Positions 32,811-54,753 of a stretch of 64,000 nt of DNA are shown one piece after another. This stretch comes from Camelus dromedarius (Eukaryota). The DNA lies in NCBI RefSeq assembly GCF_036321535.1, contig NC_087449.1, forward strand, positions 52,452,001 through 52,516,000. Reading direction: 5' to 3'. The first letter of the stretch is position 1; every line of letters begins with the position of its first letter. A program made the translations under genes and the position numbers. The notes beneath the pieces were generated by a model. The model had not been told where the DNA came from and searched no databases. It saw only the letters and a program-made list of their open reading frames with translations.

Positions 32811-35800
32811 ACAACAGTCTAGGAGTCGTCATTCAGACCTCTCCCTATGGCCCCTAGGAAAGGAACCACAGCTGATTTGGCCATGGACCCATTAAGGGCA
32901 CCCAGTGCCAGCAGCAAGGGCTCCCCGTCCCTTACCCAGTCACCCGCTCACCACTCAGACACCCAGAATGAGACAGAAGCACACAGTTCAGACCCCACAA
33001 TGAACACACACATGCGACCCAGACCTACAATTCTCTCAAACACGCACACTAAGTCATACAACTCAGACACGCCTGCACAGACTCACAAAACAGACCCTCC
33101 ATCCGCCCACACCCAGCACAGAACTGCACAGCCCCACACACTCACCCGGTGACATTCAGCCAACGCAAACACATTCACACAGGGGAGATGTGCCCCCAAG
33201 CCAGGCATTCGCACCCACACACCCCTGTGCCTGAGGCTGGGGCACAGCAGGGTCTGCTCTCCATCTTCTGTATGTCACAGTAAAAGAAAAAGTGGCCCCC
33301 AACATAGGCAGACCTGTGTCTCCACATCTTTAGAGTCTACCCGGACCCTGTAAATCCAGGCCAAACAGCTCTGCCTGGCTTTTGAAGCCTCAGTCACCCC
33401 CTTTTCCCATGGTGACCCCAACACCCAGCATCCTCTCAGACAGGCCACATCCTGCTCAACAACAACCCCTGTAGCCAGGACCTAATCAAATCCCCAAATA
33501 GAGGCGTCCTCTAGAGCCCGGCATCGCTCCACCCCTTCACCCCCACACCAGAACCCCAGACCCAGATATCAGCCCCAGCACCACTCCGTCCTGCCCCTCC
33601 CACCAATTTGGCCCATCTCACCCTGCAGACAGATGAGGCAACTCTTTCAAGAGTAGACGCTTCATCTCCCCATAGAAGCCAAATCCAGCAGATTTGGGGA
33701 TTTGATGTCATTCTATCTTTTATGTCCCTTCACTAACTGCCCCCATTCACTTATTATTGCACCTCTCTGAATCCTCAGGCTGAGTCTTCCTGCCTCTCAC
33801 CTCTCCCTTCCTCAAAACCTGAGCAGCCGTTAGAAAGCACTCCTCTCCACCATCCACCCCAGCCTTTCCCCTCAACTTAGCTAATGTTTCCATCATCCAA
33901 ATAGCTTCGTTTCTTAGCCCTACCTTGTTCCTTTGCAAATATCTTCCCTACCCCTCCACATGATTGGGGAGATATACTTCTATTTCTCATCTCTCTTCTG
34001 AGATATTTCTTGAGTCACTCTCTGTGCCCTACCCAAGCCTTCTAGAGGAAAATAAAGACAAATATAACAAAATTAAAGAGAAAGTTGTAATACACATTAA
34101 TAAGGGCAATAGTGCTTTTTTTCCATTAGACTGCAGGGTTTCCAAAGATGGGGTACTATGTCTCCACTATCAGTATCTTAGGAGTGGGAACTGTGTCTCA
34201 CCAACCAGAAAGGGTAGAGGAGGAAACAGGCTCAGACAGTGTATGCAACTTACTCAAGGCCTGGACTGATCACTGTCTGTGCTGGGATTTGAACCCAGGC
34301 CTGTGTGACTATGGAGGCCAGGCTCTGGCCACCAGCACAGGCAGGAGTGAGTCATGGTCAAGATCAGGTTGTCTGGAGCCAGCTCAGCCACTGTTTACTG
34401 ACTGTCTAACTCTCAGCCATGATCACTGTCCTCAGGCCCAGCCGAAGATGACTCACTAGGAAGCACAAGAGCAACTGTGACTCTGGGTCACCTCAGGTAC
34501 CATTTTATTATCATCATTACTTCTACCTTCATTAGCCAAATCATTGACTGCTTATTAAGCAGTCAGGCTGATGACGTGTACAGTGCCCTATGCTGACACA
34601 CCCTGCCCTTGGTGCAGTCACGTATCCCAGAACTTATGATGCCGGCAAAAAGCCAACACCCACTATCCAGCCATCCGTTCATGCTATTTTCAATATCTTT
34701 CTTGACATCTACTTGTACCAGGCCCTGTGCTAGATGCTGAGGAGCACAGAATAAATCAGTCCCTGCCTTCACTGAACATCCTGTCTATGGCAGAGAGACA
34801 CACATAAGAAATTACAGCACACAGTGATCTGAACTGTGATAGAAGGACAGCCAACAGGCAGTAGGAGCTCAGAAGAGGTAGTGATTAAATCTGCCTGGAA
34901 GTGGGGAAAATGCTTCAGCCAAGTGGTGACTGCTTTGATCTAAAGAGATTGAATAGGGGGTTGCCAGGCAAACCAAGGGGGTGGGCATTCCAGACAGAGG
35001 GAATGACAGGCACAAAGGCACAGACGTGTGAGAGTGCAAGTGGTCTGGGGCATCTGGGGTCAGGGGAAGCAAGAGAGAAGCCTGGAGAGGTGAACAGAGA
35101 CTATGTCACAGAACAAAGCAGCAGAGAGAGGCAATCCCGGTGAAACGGATAGAGGCAACAAGGCTAAAGTCTCGGGGAATCAGTGTTAACAAAGGGGACC
35201 ACCCATTCCTGGCAGGTCATTCTGGGTAACTAAGAAACAATAACCAGCTAACAGTCATTGAGAGCTATGTTCTAAACATGTTACATGGATTCTGTTACAT
35301 GGATTCTCACAACAACTCTATGCTAGGAGTACTATTATTACCTCCATTTCATAGATGAATAAATGGCGCCACCGAGAAGTTAGGTAAGTTGCTCAAGGTT
35401 ACACAGTTAATAATAGTAGAGTCAGAATTTGAATTCAGGTGGTCTGGATTTAGGGCCCTATTAAATACAGTGCTATCTTGAGTCTTTAAAAGTCAGAGAC
35501 GATCAAGTGTTGAATAAATAGCACCTAGACTCCCTCCTCTCCCCATCTCACTAAAAGGCAGAATGAGAGTGAAAATGTAGTCTTGGTTACCTTCAGGGTT
35601 GTTTTTGATGAGAAATCTGGACTCTTTGCTCCCCCAGGGAAGTGGCCCACTTTCCCTGAAGAGTCCTCAGCCACACCCAGCAACATATCTCCACGTTAAT
35701 GCTATGAATATTCATTCCATCAATGATGATTTACTGACAATCTGCTATATGCGGAGCATCATGCAAGGTTCTGGAAATTTAGTCCCACAAATGGCCATTG

Positions 35801-37046
35801 TGTGTAATCATAAGTGTGTAACTTCTTGGGTCAGCTAACAGCTTATCTAGAGTACACTGTCTTTATTTTGGTGCATGCTGTTTGCTGCAAAAAACTTATT
35901 TTTTGATTTTCAGATTTTTAAAAAATACAATTTTAACTAAACCTTTTCTGTATAACATAAAAGTACATGAATCATATATGAACAGCTTCATGAATTATCA
36001 CAAAATGAATACAACCCTGTAACCACCAGCCAGCTCAAGAAAGAGAGCATTAGCAAGACCCCGGAAACCCTCCCCATCACCACCTCTGCCTCCTCCCCAA
36101 AGAGTATCACTACCCCTGATTTCCAAAATCATAAATGAGACTGCTTGTCTTAAACTTTATATAAATGGAGCCATATAGCATGTACTTTTGTGTTTGTCTT
36201 CTTTTATTCAATATTATATGAGATTCATACTATGCTCTGTGTAGCAGTAACCCATTCATTTTCATTGTGGTAAAGTACACCACAATTTATTTATCCATTA
36301 TACTGCTGAAGAACATTTGGTTCATCAAATAATATTGCTAGGATGATTCTTACACACTTTTCTGTTTGGTGCACAGGTATTTGCAGAACTGTTGCTGTAT
36401 AACAAGAATCAGAATTATGGATTCAAGTTATGCTCAACTAGAGTGGATCTTGCTCGTTTTCCAAAGTGGTATACCAATCCATATGCCCATCAGCAGATTT
36501 CAAAATCCAGATATAACACTGTCACTATTTACAATTACCCAGATGCTCATTAGGACTGTTTTTATTTTTATTTCTAGAATAGGTGTATATTTGTGATCAC
36601 CTCAATGTAATTACTTACTTTCCTGCTTTTTGAAACGTTATTTTCCCTTCTAAGTTTTTTAAATTAAATATTGAGTAAAACAAAATATTTATAAAATATA
36701 TGTAAAATATAAAGAGTAACAGTACAATGAATCCTCATCATTATTCCACAGATCTTATTACCATCAACTTCTGAAGTATCTTTCCTAAAATCTGTTACCT
36801 CCACCCAAAGGTAATGCCTACCCTGAATTTGGGGTTAACCATTTCTTTACTTTCCTTTATGACTTTAAAGCATACATATTTATGTATCCTTAAAAATGTT
36901 TTTTATTTGTATTTTTTGAACTTTATATAAGCTGAATATTCTGTTTCCTGACTTATTTTCACTCAACATCATATACCAGAGATTATTAGCACTAAATGCC
37001 ACTTTTTGCCCTTACAAACACTGTAACTATGAATATTCATATACAC

Positions 37047-37706
37047 TGTCAAATTTTTTAAAAATCTGGACTTAAGGAGGAGAGACATTATTTGAAATGA
37101 TTACTGCAAGGGAGAAAAGGAATTATTGCAATGGGGAGAGGGAAGCTATTGCAAAGAGTGAAGCTCTGACCATAAGATCTACACATGTCTCAAGGGTTAA
37201 GCAGAATTTTTCTTTCATAGGGAGGAGTAAACAAAGCCAGAAAGAACTGGGTGTGAGGAAGTGAGATGACCAGGAGTGGCACGATGGGACGGTATATCAA
37301 AGAATGTTTTACCCTGAAGCCAGCCTATTCTCAGGAGGGGCTGTTAAGGAGAGGCTGTGTACAGCTCAAGCTAGGGGTTTGCTAGGGGAGATGGTGCAAA
37401 GTTCATGGACCTAGAGGAAAGAGAGCTTAACCAAAGTTTAGTTAACAAGCATTTTGTCCTCATTGATCAGTGGGGACAGCAGTTCATCTAAGCATTTATG
37501 AGGCAAAAGAACTGAAATTTGCAGTCTGTGCCTTGCCGTAGGTTAAAAAGGGAGCACTCATGACTTTACCTAAGTCATATAAGGAAGGGTGTTTCTTTGC
37601 AGTTAAGTTGTGTTCCAGAACACAAAATTGTGGGAGGAGTTTGTTAAATTTTCGTTGTTTTCCAGGATCACAGGGCTGAGCAAGGTTCGGTATCTCCTGA
37701 TAAACA
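37047..37706 (-). mobile_element. Solo ERV1-class LTR (MER4-group-like) inserted in an old L1M fragment (~35920-38060)
   Basis: TG...CA ends (tgtcaaa.../...taaaca), ~660 bp, interrupts L1-like text on both sides, degenerate tacac/taaac flank. Confidence 0.55.
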
Positions 37707-38289
37707 TAAACAAGAATCTCTTTAAAGTATATAACTGAAAGTGGAATTGCTGGATCAAAAGGTATGTGTACACAATTTCACTTTTACAGGGTAATGCCAA
37801 ATTGTTTTCCAAAGCGGTGGTAACAGGTTACACTTGAACAGCGTGTAGGAAATCCAGTTGCTCTACATCGTCAGAATCTAAAAGAGGATTTGAGGATTTA
37901 AAAATGTTTGCCAATCTGATGGCTATGAAGGTGGAACTCATTACATGTCCTTAATGACTGAGACTTAACATCTTTCATTGTTAATTGGATGTGTTTCTCT
38001 TCTGTGAAGGGTCCTCCGGCCCACTTTTCAATTGGATTATCATTTTATTAGTGATTTGTGGGAGTTCACCAATATGTTTTGGAAGAATAAAAGGATGAAC
38101 GACTGAAAAACCTCTGAACTGATAAAGAATTGAGATTAAGTTTGGGAGATTACCCAACAGCTAAAAATATTAAAAAACTGCCCCCTCAGGCTTCTAATTT
38201 AATCCTCGTTAGAGCTTTACGAAAAAGTGCTAAAGCCCCATTTCTCAGGTGAGCTTTATCCAACATTACCAGCTTCTGTCTGTGGGAAA

Positions 38290-38880
38290 GGGACCAAACG
38301 ACTTCCTTCCGTTTTTTCGCAGCTCTCGGTGCCACATCCACAACCCGTGCGAACTGTAGATCACGGGTTTCACAGGATTGCAACACCCTAGCGCCGCTCG
38401 CGCTGTTATCGCGAGAGTTGGTTGCAGCCGATCATGTGACATCTAAAATGGCGGTGTCCAGCGAGGCGGAGGAGGAGGCGGCAGTTTACTTAATAGTGTG
38501 CGGTATACCCTCGGAGTTGCGCTCAGCCCAGTTACGGAGCTACTTTAGCCAGTTCCGGGAACAGCGCGGCTGTGGCTTCCTCTGTTTCCACTACCGGCAT
38601 CGGCCTGAGCGGGCCCCCTCCCAGGTTACTCCCGACTCTACCCTAACTCCTATTAGCCAGGGTCTCAATCAAAACGATGCCCGCGCTCTCTCCACTCAGG
38701 ATTCTGCTTCCGCCCAGACTCGCACCTGCTGCTGCGTCATCTCGGTACGGGGGGCAGCTCAAGCCCAGAGGTTTCTCCGCATGTACTCGGGCCGCCGGTG
38801 GCTGGATTCTCAAGGGACTTGGTTACCTGGTCGTTGTTTCATCCGCAGACTTCGGCTACCTACTGAGGCATCAGGTACAG
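38290..38880. promoter_or_regulatory. GPATCH3: GPATCH3 CpG-island promoter, possibly bidirectional
   Basis: CpG-rich; YY1-type AAAATGGCGG 38445-38454 overlapping the ATG, TCGCGAGA 38409-38416, TCATGTGA 38432-38439, ETS-like cttccttccg. Confidence 0.7.
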
Positions 38881-41800
38881 ACGGGAAAGATGATAGACTG
38901 GGCCTACAGGCACTGGAACAGAGGCACCTTGCCTGAGGAGTGATGAGGCTAACTCAGGTATCTCGTTAGGGCTCTTTAGAAGTTTAGATCATTTATGGAC
39001 AAAACTTAAGGCTCAACTTGGACGGTAGTAAAACTCGGGGCGCGGAGGAAAAGGCCTATTCGGATGACCTTTCCAATTTATTCTGTTCTGAGACCCTTTT
39101 AATTTTGTACTGACGCATAAGAGGAAAAAGGAAATCAGGTATTGTCTTTCTTACACTCTCTTTGTTGCCCCCCATCCAGTCCTCTCTTGGCAAGATGCAA
39201 ATGGAGAGACAAACTTTTCTCTGGACAGCTATTTTCATGGGAAATCACTTTGATAGGGAAACAAGAAACACAGTGCAGAGTCCTCTAATTCATTCATTCA
39301 ACAACTGTAGCCTATATTGCTAGACCTAGTGTGACTCTAGCTGGTATGCAGAGAACAGTTGGATACAGCCTGTGCTTAGAATCCAGAGAGGAAGACAGAT
39401 TTGTAAAAAGGTAATTGTCACAGAGATGCCATTATAATTGTTAACGTTTACTGAGCACTTCTCTGCGCTTTTAAGCCTTTCATTTTCTTATTGACTCCTC
39501 ATAATTCTATAAGGTAAGAGCTGTTGTTACCCATTTGAGGGGTAGTGAGGAAACTAAAGGATACAGAAGTTGGTACTTGCTCAAGGTTACAGTCACAGTA
39601 CTAACCAGGTATTTTGCTCAGAGCCTGTGCTCCTTAACACCAACTGCCATGAGATGTCAGAGGAGGGAGGAACTGATTGCCTACAGGGATCAGGAAATGT
39701 GGCTTTTCATCTAGATCTTGAAAGATAAACGGGTTTTTGGGAGAGAATGGTGTTCAAAATAAATGGCATTTGCAATGACATGGACAGAGAGGTGAAAGCC
39801 CATGAAACTTTCCCGGCATGTTAAATTGTTCGCTCTGATTGGAACAAATGGTATGAAGGTGTGCAGGGGTGGGGATCGGTGGCAGTTGAGAATCAAAAGG
39901 TCAATAGGAACCAGAGCTGGAAGAAACCTGTGAGCTCAGCCAAGGTGATGAGAAATGGCATGAAATTACTAGGTGGTTCTGGTCAGGAAACAGAGGAAGG
40001 AACTCTGGGAAAGTCTGAAAGGGAGAAATAGCATTAGGCTAAGGTGTTTAAACCTTGATCAATTTCTGGCTCAAGTATTGCTGAAGACTTCCAGGTTTCA
40101 AGAGCCTTCTTCTCCCTGCTTCCCAAGGTTTGGGATCCTTTCCCTTCAAGACCCGGAAGGAACTGCAGAGTCGGAAGGCTAAGAGTGAAGCTTTCACACT
40201 GGCCGATCTGAGGCAACTGCCAGAGCTGAACCCACCAGTGCTGATGCCCAGTGGGAACGTGGGGACTCCCTTGCAGGTCTTTTTGGAGTTGATCCGGGCC
40301 TGCCGCCTACCCCCTCGGATCATCACCCAGCTGCAGCTCCAGTTCCCCAAGACAGGTTCCTCCCGGCGCTATGGCAATGTGCCCTTCAAGTATGAGGACT
40401 CAGAGACTGTGGAGCAGGAAGAGTTTGTGTACACGGCAGAGGGTGAGGAAATACCCCAGGGAACCTGCCTGGCAGACATACCAGCCAACCCCTGTGGAGA
40501 GCCAGAAGAAGAAGGGGAAGAGGAAGAAGAGTCACACTCAGATGACGTGAGTACAGTGAGCCATCCTGTCCTTGTTGGCAGCTTAGAGAGGCCAAGACAT
40601 TAATACTACCACTCTTCAATTGTATATTACAAGAGTTCTAGGCCTGGGATCCTCAGGAGGGTTCCAAAGACTTTGAACTCCCTGACATTGAATGCAAAAC
40701 TGCATTTGCAAGTATGTGTTTCTTTGGGGAGAGGGGCCAGAGCTTTTATCAAAAGATTCACAAAAGGATCTTCTTTTCATTTCTTCAGAAGAAATGTAAG
40801 GAGAGCCCTTTTCATTGATGAAATCTACTGACTGAGAGACAGATCATCTAAGGAGGTAGAGGCAGAGCTAAGATGTGAACTCAGTCCTCTTTGCTGCTTG
40901 TCTAACCTCTGCGTGCTTTCATTTTGTGGCTGAGAAGTCGCATCTATTTTCTGACCTTGAGTCAGTGGATTAAACATCAGCCTCCACTCTAACATTATCA
41001 GTGAAATAGTCATTTCTTCTGTCTCTTTCTCCAAACTTGATTGTTCATCCATAAAATCAGGAGAGGTGTGATTTGTTGGGGAACTTTTTTTTTTTACTGC
41101 ATACTCTGTGTAAGAAGTAATTGATGTCTTCAAAGCTGCCATCTCAGTGTTGCTAACACATCTGGACCACATCCTTTAGTGTGGTACTGTCCTGACTTTT
41201 CTCCAGCACTTGATCTGCAGCAGTGATTGCTGAAGCCTCCTGGAGTTTCACTGGGACAGGGGCCCCCAAAATTTCAAGCCAGGAGTCATCTTGTCATTCC
41301 ACAAGTCCAGTTGAGCAGTTGTAAACACAGGGGCTAGTGCGGGACTCCAAAGACATTCTAAGACCCATTTCCTTCTCTCAAAGAGCCTTACATCTCCTTG
41401 AAGAGAGAGAAGCAGCATCTGGAAAGGCTATGATATGGTATTGGTTTGAATGCTGTCTCTGCCTCCCTCTTGGTGTACTCTCGGGCAAATCACTTTACTC
41501 CTCTGGATTGAGGTTTCCTCGTCTGTAGAATGGGAATAATAGTACTTACCTCACAGGGTTGTTGGGGTGCTTAAAGAAGCTAAGATATGTGAAGGGCCTG
41601 ATACATAGTAGATAATAGATATTAGTTCTTGCCCTTCTTTCTTTGTGACATAATGTATAAAGGTGTAACAGTGTGTATGGATTGGCACTCAGAAGTTCAG
41701 AGACCAGTGAGAGTGCTGTGGGTCTCGGTGTGGGGGCTTCACATAGGCTGCAGAACTTGAGGGATGAGGAGGATTTAACCAAGTGAAGAAGAGGTGGTGG

Positions 41801-44321
41801 TGGAAGAGGAGGGCAGATACTTAAGGGAGAACAAGATGGCCAAAAGCACAAGGATACGAATGAGTCAGGCTTGTGGGGGAAAGGGCCAAGTATGTTGAGA
41901 AAGAGTCAGGGCATGGAGAGGTGTGTTGGTCAGACCTTGAGGGTTAAAAATGTGCTGTTTCTCAGAGAGATTTGGAGGAACGGAACTGTGCCCTGAGCTG
42001 CCCTCCTTGCGTGCATGAGATCAGGAAGCTGGACAGGCAGGTCACTTCTCCCCACCTTCTTCCAGGATGATGACCGGGGTGAGGAGTGGGAGCGGCATGA
42101 AGCACTGCACGAGGACGTGACTGGGCAGGAGCGGACCACTGAGCGGCTCTTTGAGGAGGAGATTGAGCTCAAGTGGGAGAAGGGCGGCTCTGGCCTGGTG
42201 TTCTACACTGACGCCCAGTTCTGGCAGGAGGAAGAAGGAGGTAATGCTGGCACCTGGGCAGGGGCAGGGATGACCCCTGCTGCATTCACTCAGGGTGCTC
42301 TGCTCCACACGGTGGGTTCCCTGGCAGTGAGCCCAAAGAAGGGGCTAGGGAAGAGGCTTTCCTTGGTTGTATATGAGAGACCAGTCATCCTTTATAGGGG
42401 TGAGGGATCAGTGGAGTGGAGTGAAGATGCCCTCCTGCAAATTCTGAATGACCCTCCCAGAGGAAAGATTTGAAAGTACAATCAAAAGCCCCAAGTTCTA
42501 AAACGTGTGTCTTACATCTAGATTTAACTCTCAACAGAACTGAAAGTCCCTAGCTTACTCTGCTTAATGTTTTTATATCTGCAGACTTTGATGAACAGAC
42601 AGCTGATGACTGGGATGTGGACATGACTGTGTACTACGATACAGGTACTGAACCAGGGCTTGCAATACTGCGAGGTGGAATGGTGCCCTGGCCTTGCAGG
42701 GACACTTTCCCAGTCCTGCTTAGCAGTGGCTGAGACGGGGCACCGGTTCCCTTGGGGTAGCCCACTGAGAGTGTTCCTCTCTTAAAACGTCTCTGGTTGA
42801 GTGCATTAAGTGCTGATTGTGGGCAGAGCATTTTTCCTTTCTTTGTGGAGGAAGGACATGTAGGAACAGCCTTCAGGGAGCTCTGGTTCTGATGGGCAGG
42901 CCCTAGTACAGTGGGAGGGGCAGGAGTTCAGGCTCTGGTTAAGAATTTAGACTTTGGAGTCAAAAATGACCTAGGGTGGTTGCGGGATGGGAAGGGTTCT
43001 AGTTCCATCTCTCAGTTTATGGCTCTGTGACTTTTCTCCACCGCATTTTCCTCAACTGTAAGATGAGACAGCCATGGTTCTTACCTCTTGGTGAGCTTCC
43101 AGCCTAATGAGAGAAATAATAATAAAGTAATAAAACACCATAAAGATGAATACATAAATCTTGTGAGGAGGGTCTAGAAACCTGATATTCCCCTTTTCTG
43201 CTGAGAGAGACCCTTCCTCAAACTGGGCTGCTTCCTCAGATGGTGGAGACAAGGATGCCCGAGACTCTGTCCAGATGCGTCTGGAACGGAGACTCCGTGA
43301 TGGCCAGGAGGCTGGCTCTGTGACTGGATGCCAGGTGGGCACCTTTGAGCGCCATACCAAGGTGAGCACTGTGCCCAGCCCCCTGACCCCTCTCATTTCC
43401 TTCTCTACCCCCATTTCCTCTCTGACCCCAGCAGGAGCCATTTCTTGAGTCTTCTACCTTCCCTCTACAGGGCATTGGACGAAAGGTGATGGAACGACAG
43501 GGCTGGGCTGAGGGCCAGGGCCTGGGCAGCCAGTGCTCAGGGGTACCTGAGGCCCTGGATAGTGACGGCCAACACCCCAGATGCAAGCGTGGATTGGGGT
43601 GAGTATGGCTGAGGGACTTCCCTGGGAGCCCAAGCAAGCCTTTCAGCTGTACCCCAGTTCCCCTTTCCCTCTGGTTTTGGGTTGGGTGCTAGAGACCCCT
43701 AGGGAATGAACTTCAAAGCAGAATTAGAAGGAAAAAGTAGGTCTGGCCCTATTTTTTCCAAGACTGAGCCCTCAGGCTTGACAGGATCATTGATCTCCTG
43801 GGGGAGTTATTCCCCCGGATCTGAAGAGTTTGGACTTGATGATTGTTGTTAGGGAGTGACTGTAAGTCATAAAGTGGTGACAGTTGTTCTAAATTGCTAA
43901 TACTGTTTGAAATGAAAGCAGTATGTGAGGCCTCTGGTTTCTGGCACTATTAATGGATGGATAAGGGAGCTGGAGAGCAAAGATCCAGATTTAAATGCTG
44001 TCTTTGGGACAAACCAGATATGTAGTAGCTATTTCCCTGCCCTTTCCCAACCCCTTACTGGGGTGAGAGAGCAGCCCTCTCACTGAGAGCACTTTTTCAT
44101 CCAGATACCATGGAGAGAAGCTACAGCCATTTGGGCAACTGAAGAGGCCCCGTGGAACTGGCCTGGGGCTCATCTCCACTATCTACGATGAACCCCTACC
44201 CCAGGACCAGGGGGAGTCACTGCTCCGCCGCCAGCCACCGACCAGCATGAAGTTTCGAGCAGACATGGCCTTTGTGAGGGGTTCCAGCTGTGCCTTGGAC
44301 AGCCCCTCAGAACCTGAGTGA
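38448..44321 (+). CDS. GPATCH3: G-patch domain-containing protein 3, 515 aa; exons 38448-38874, 40128-40546, 42066-42240, 42585-42644, 43240-43361, 43471-43598, 44105-44321
   Basis: MAVSSEAEEEAAVYLIVCGIP...; G-patch GIGRKVMERQGWAEGQGLG...KRGLG in exon 6; seven in-phase exons total 1548 nt ending SEPE*. Confidence 0.95.
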
Positions 44322-44779
44322 CAGGGTCAAGGGCTTCCTTAGTCAGGATTACTTACAACTGCAAAGTGGCCACCCTGTGCCCAGCCTTATCTCCCACCAA
44401 AGGAGAAAGAATTCTGGGAGCAACAGTCTGTGCGGCTTGTTCAAGATGCTTTGTTCAGAACTTGCCTTCTGGTTCTCTACCTCAGGGGTGTTTTTAGAGA
44501 CAGTCCCCTATTCTTCTATTTGATGATAGGGCTTAATGACCTCTCCACGGTGTCTCCTAACCCTAGTCTCTGTTTGGGCTTGCTCCTGTTGCCTCCTCCA
44601 GTACCTCGAAAAGCTGGACTGACTGAGGTTATCAGCACAACCCTCCCGGGGGGTAGGAGGATGGGGGTCATCATGAAGCCCAGAAAGAGGGGGAAAGGGA
44701 TATGGAAAAGGAGAGGATTTGTGCTCCGAAGAGATGGTCTTGGGGCGGGCCCTCCAATGCCTCTACCCTTAACTGGCTG

Positions 44780-53926
<9,147 letters not shown>

Positions 53927-54721
53927 CAACAAGCTGGGCTCTGGAGAGCAAGACGCACGACCCAGCAGTGGGGAAAGTGATGGCTCCCAGAGAGCAGCGG
54001 ACAGCTCAGCAGCTCTGCAGATCTAAGAGCAGTCCTCCCACCCAGAGATGGGAGACTGGCCAGGGGACACTCAGCCCTGCAGAGGACTTCTGGCCAAAAG
54101 CCAGACATGTCACCAAGCAGAACACCCATTACACTCTCAGTGTTCACGAGCTCTGGACGCTGCCACCGGGAATTCAGCGCTGGCCCCGCTCGGGCTATGA
54201 TGGAGTGTGCTACAAGTTTATTTTCTACTTTTTGTGGCTTCCAAACTTTCTTCAACCACCCAGGCCAAGAGAGTTGGGAATGGGGGGTTGGGAACTTGGG
54301 AATGTCACCTTTCCTCAGAAGAGCCGTTTCTTCACAGGACATTGCTTCCCCCAAAGCACAGGGTTATATCAGAGGATTGATTCAGAGTCTCCAGTTGTGC
54401 ACTTTTCTTAATCTTCAGTTTGAACAGTGAGCCTCATGCCTGAGCTTTCACAGGCAAGACTTCCTAGCAGATCTTACAATGTTTTATTTTCATTGTATTT
54501 ATTTCAGTTTTATTTTTTGCAGGGCAAGTGTTAATTAGTTTTCCATTTATAGTTGTGATTAAAAGTTTACTTTAAAATGAAATCACTTATACAAAATGAG
54601 TTGTTTAAAGAAAAATATTAGTGTCTAATATCATACCATGAGGGTTGTAGCAAAAATTAAGACGGCTTTAAGTTGGAAATGCTGGTGTTTGCTTCCTTTG
54701 CTCTTCTTGCAACTGGTTGGG

Positions 54722-54753
54722 TGCAATTCCTATTTTCAACCAGCAGGTGGCAT
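54722..54753 (+). promoter_or_regulatory. Candidate CTCF site with upstream motif
   Basis: TGCAATTCC-6 bp-caaCCAGCAGGTGGCA: core plus upstream module at canonical spacing. Confidence 0.65.
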
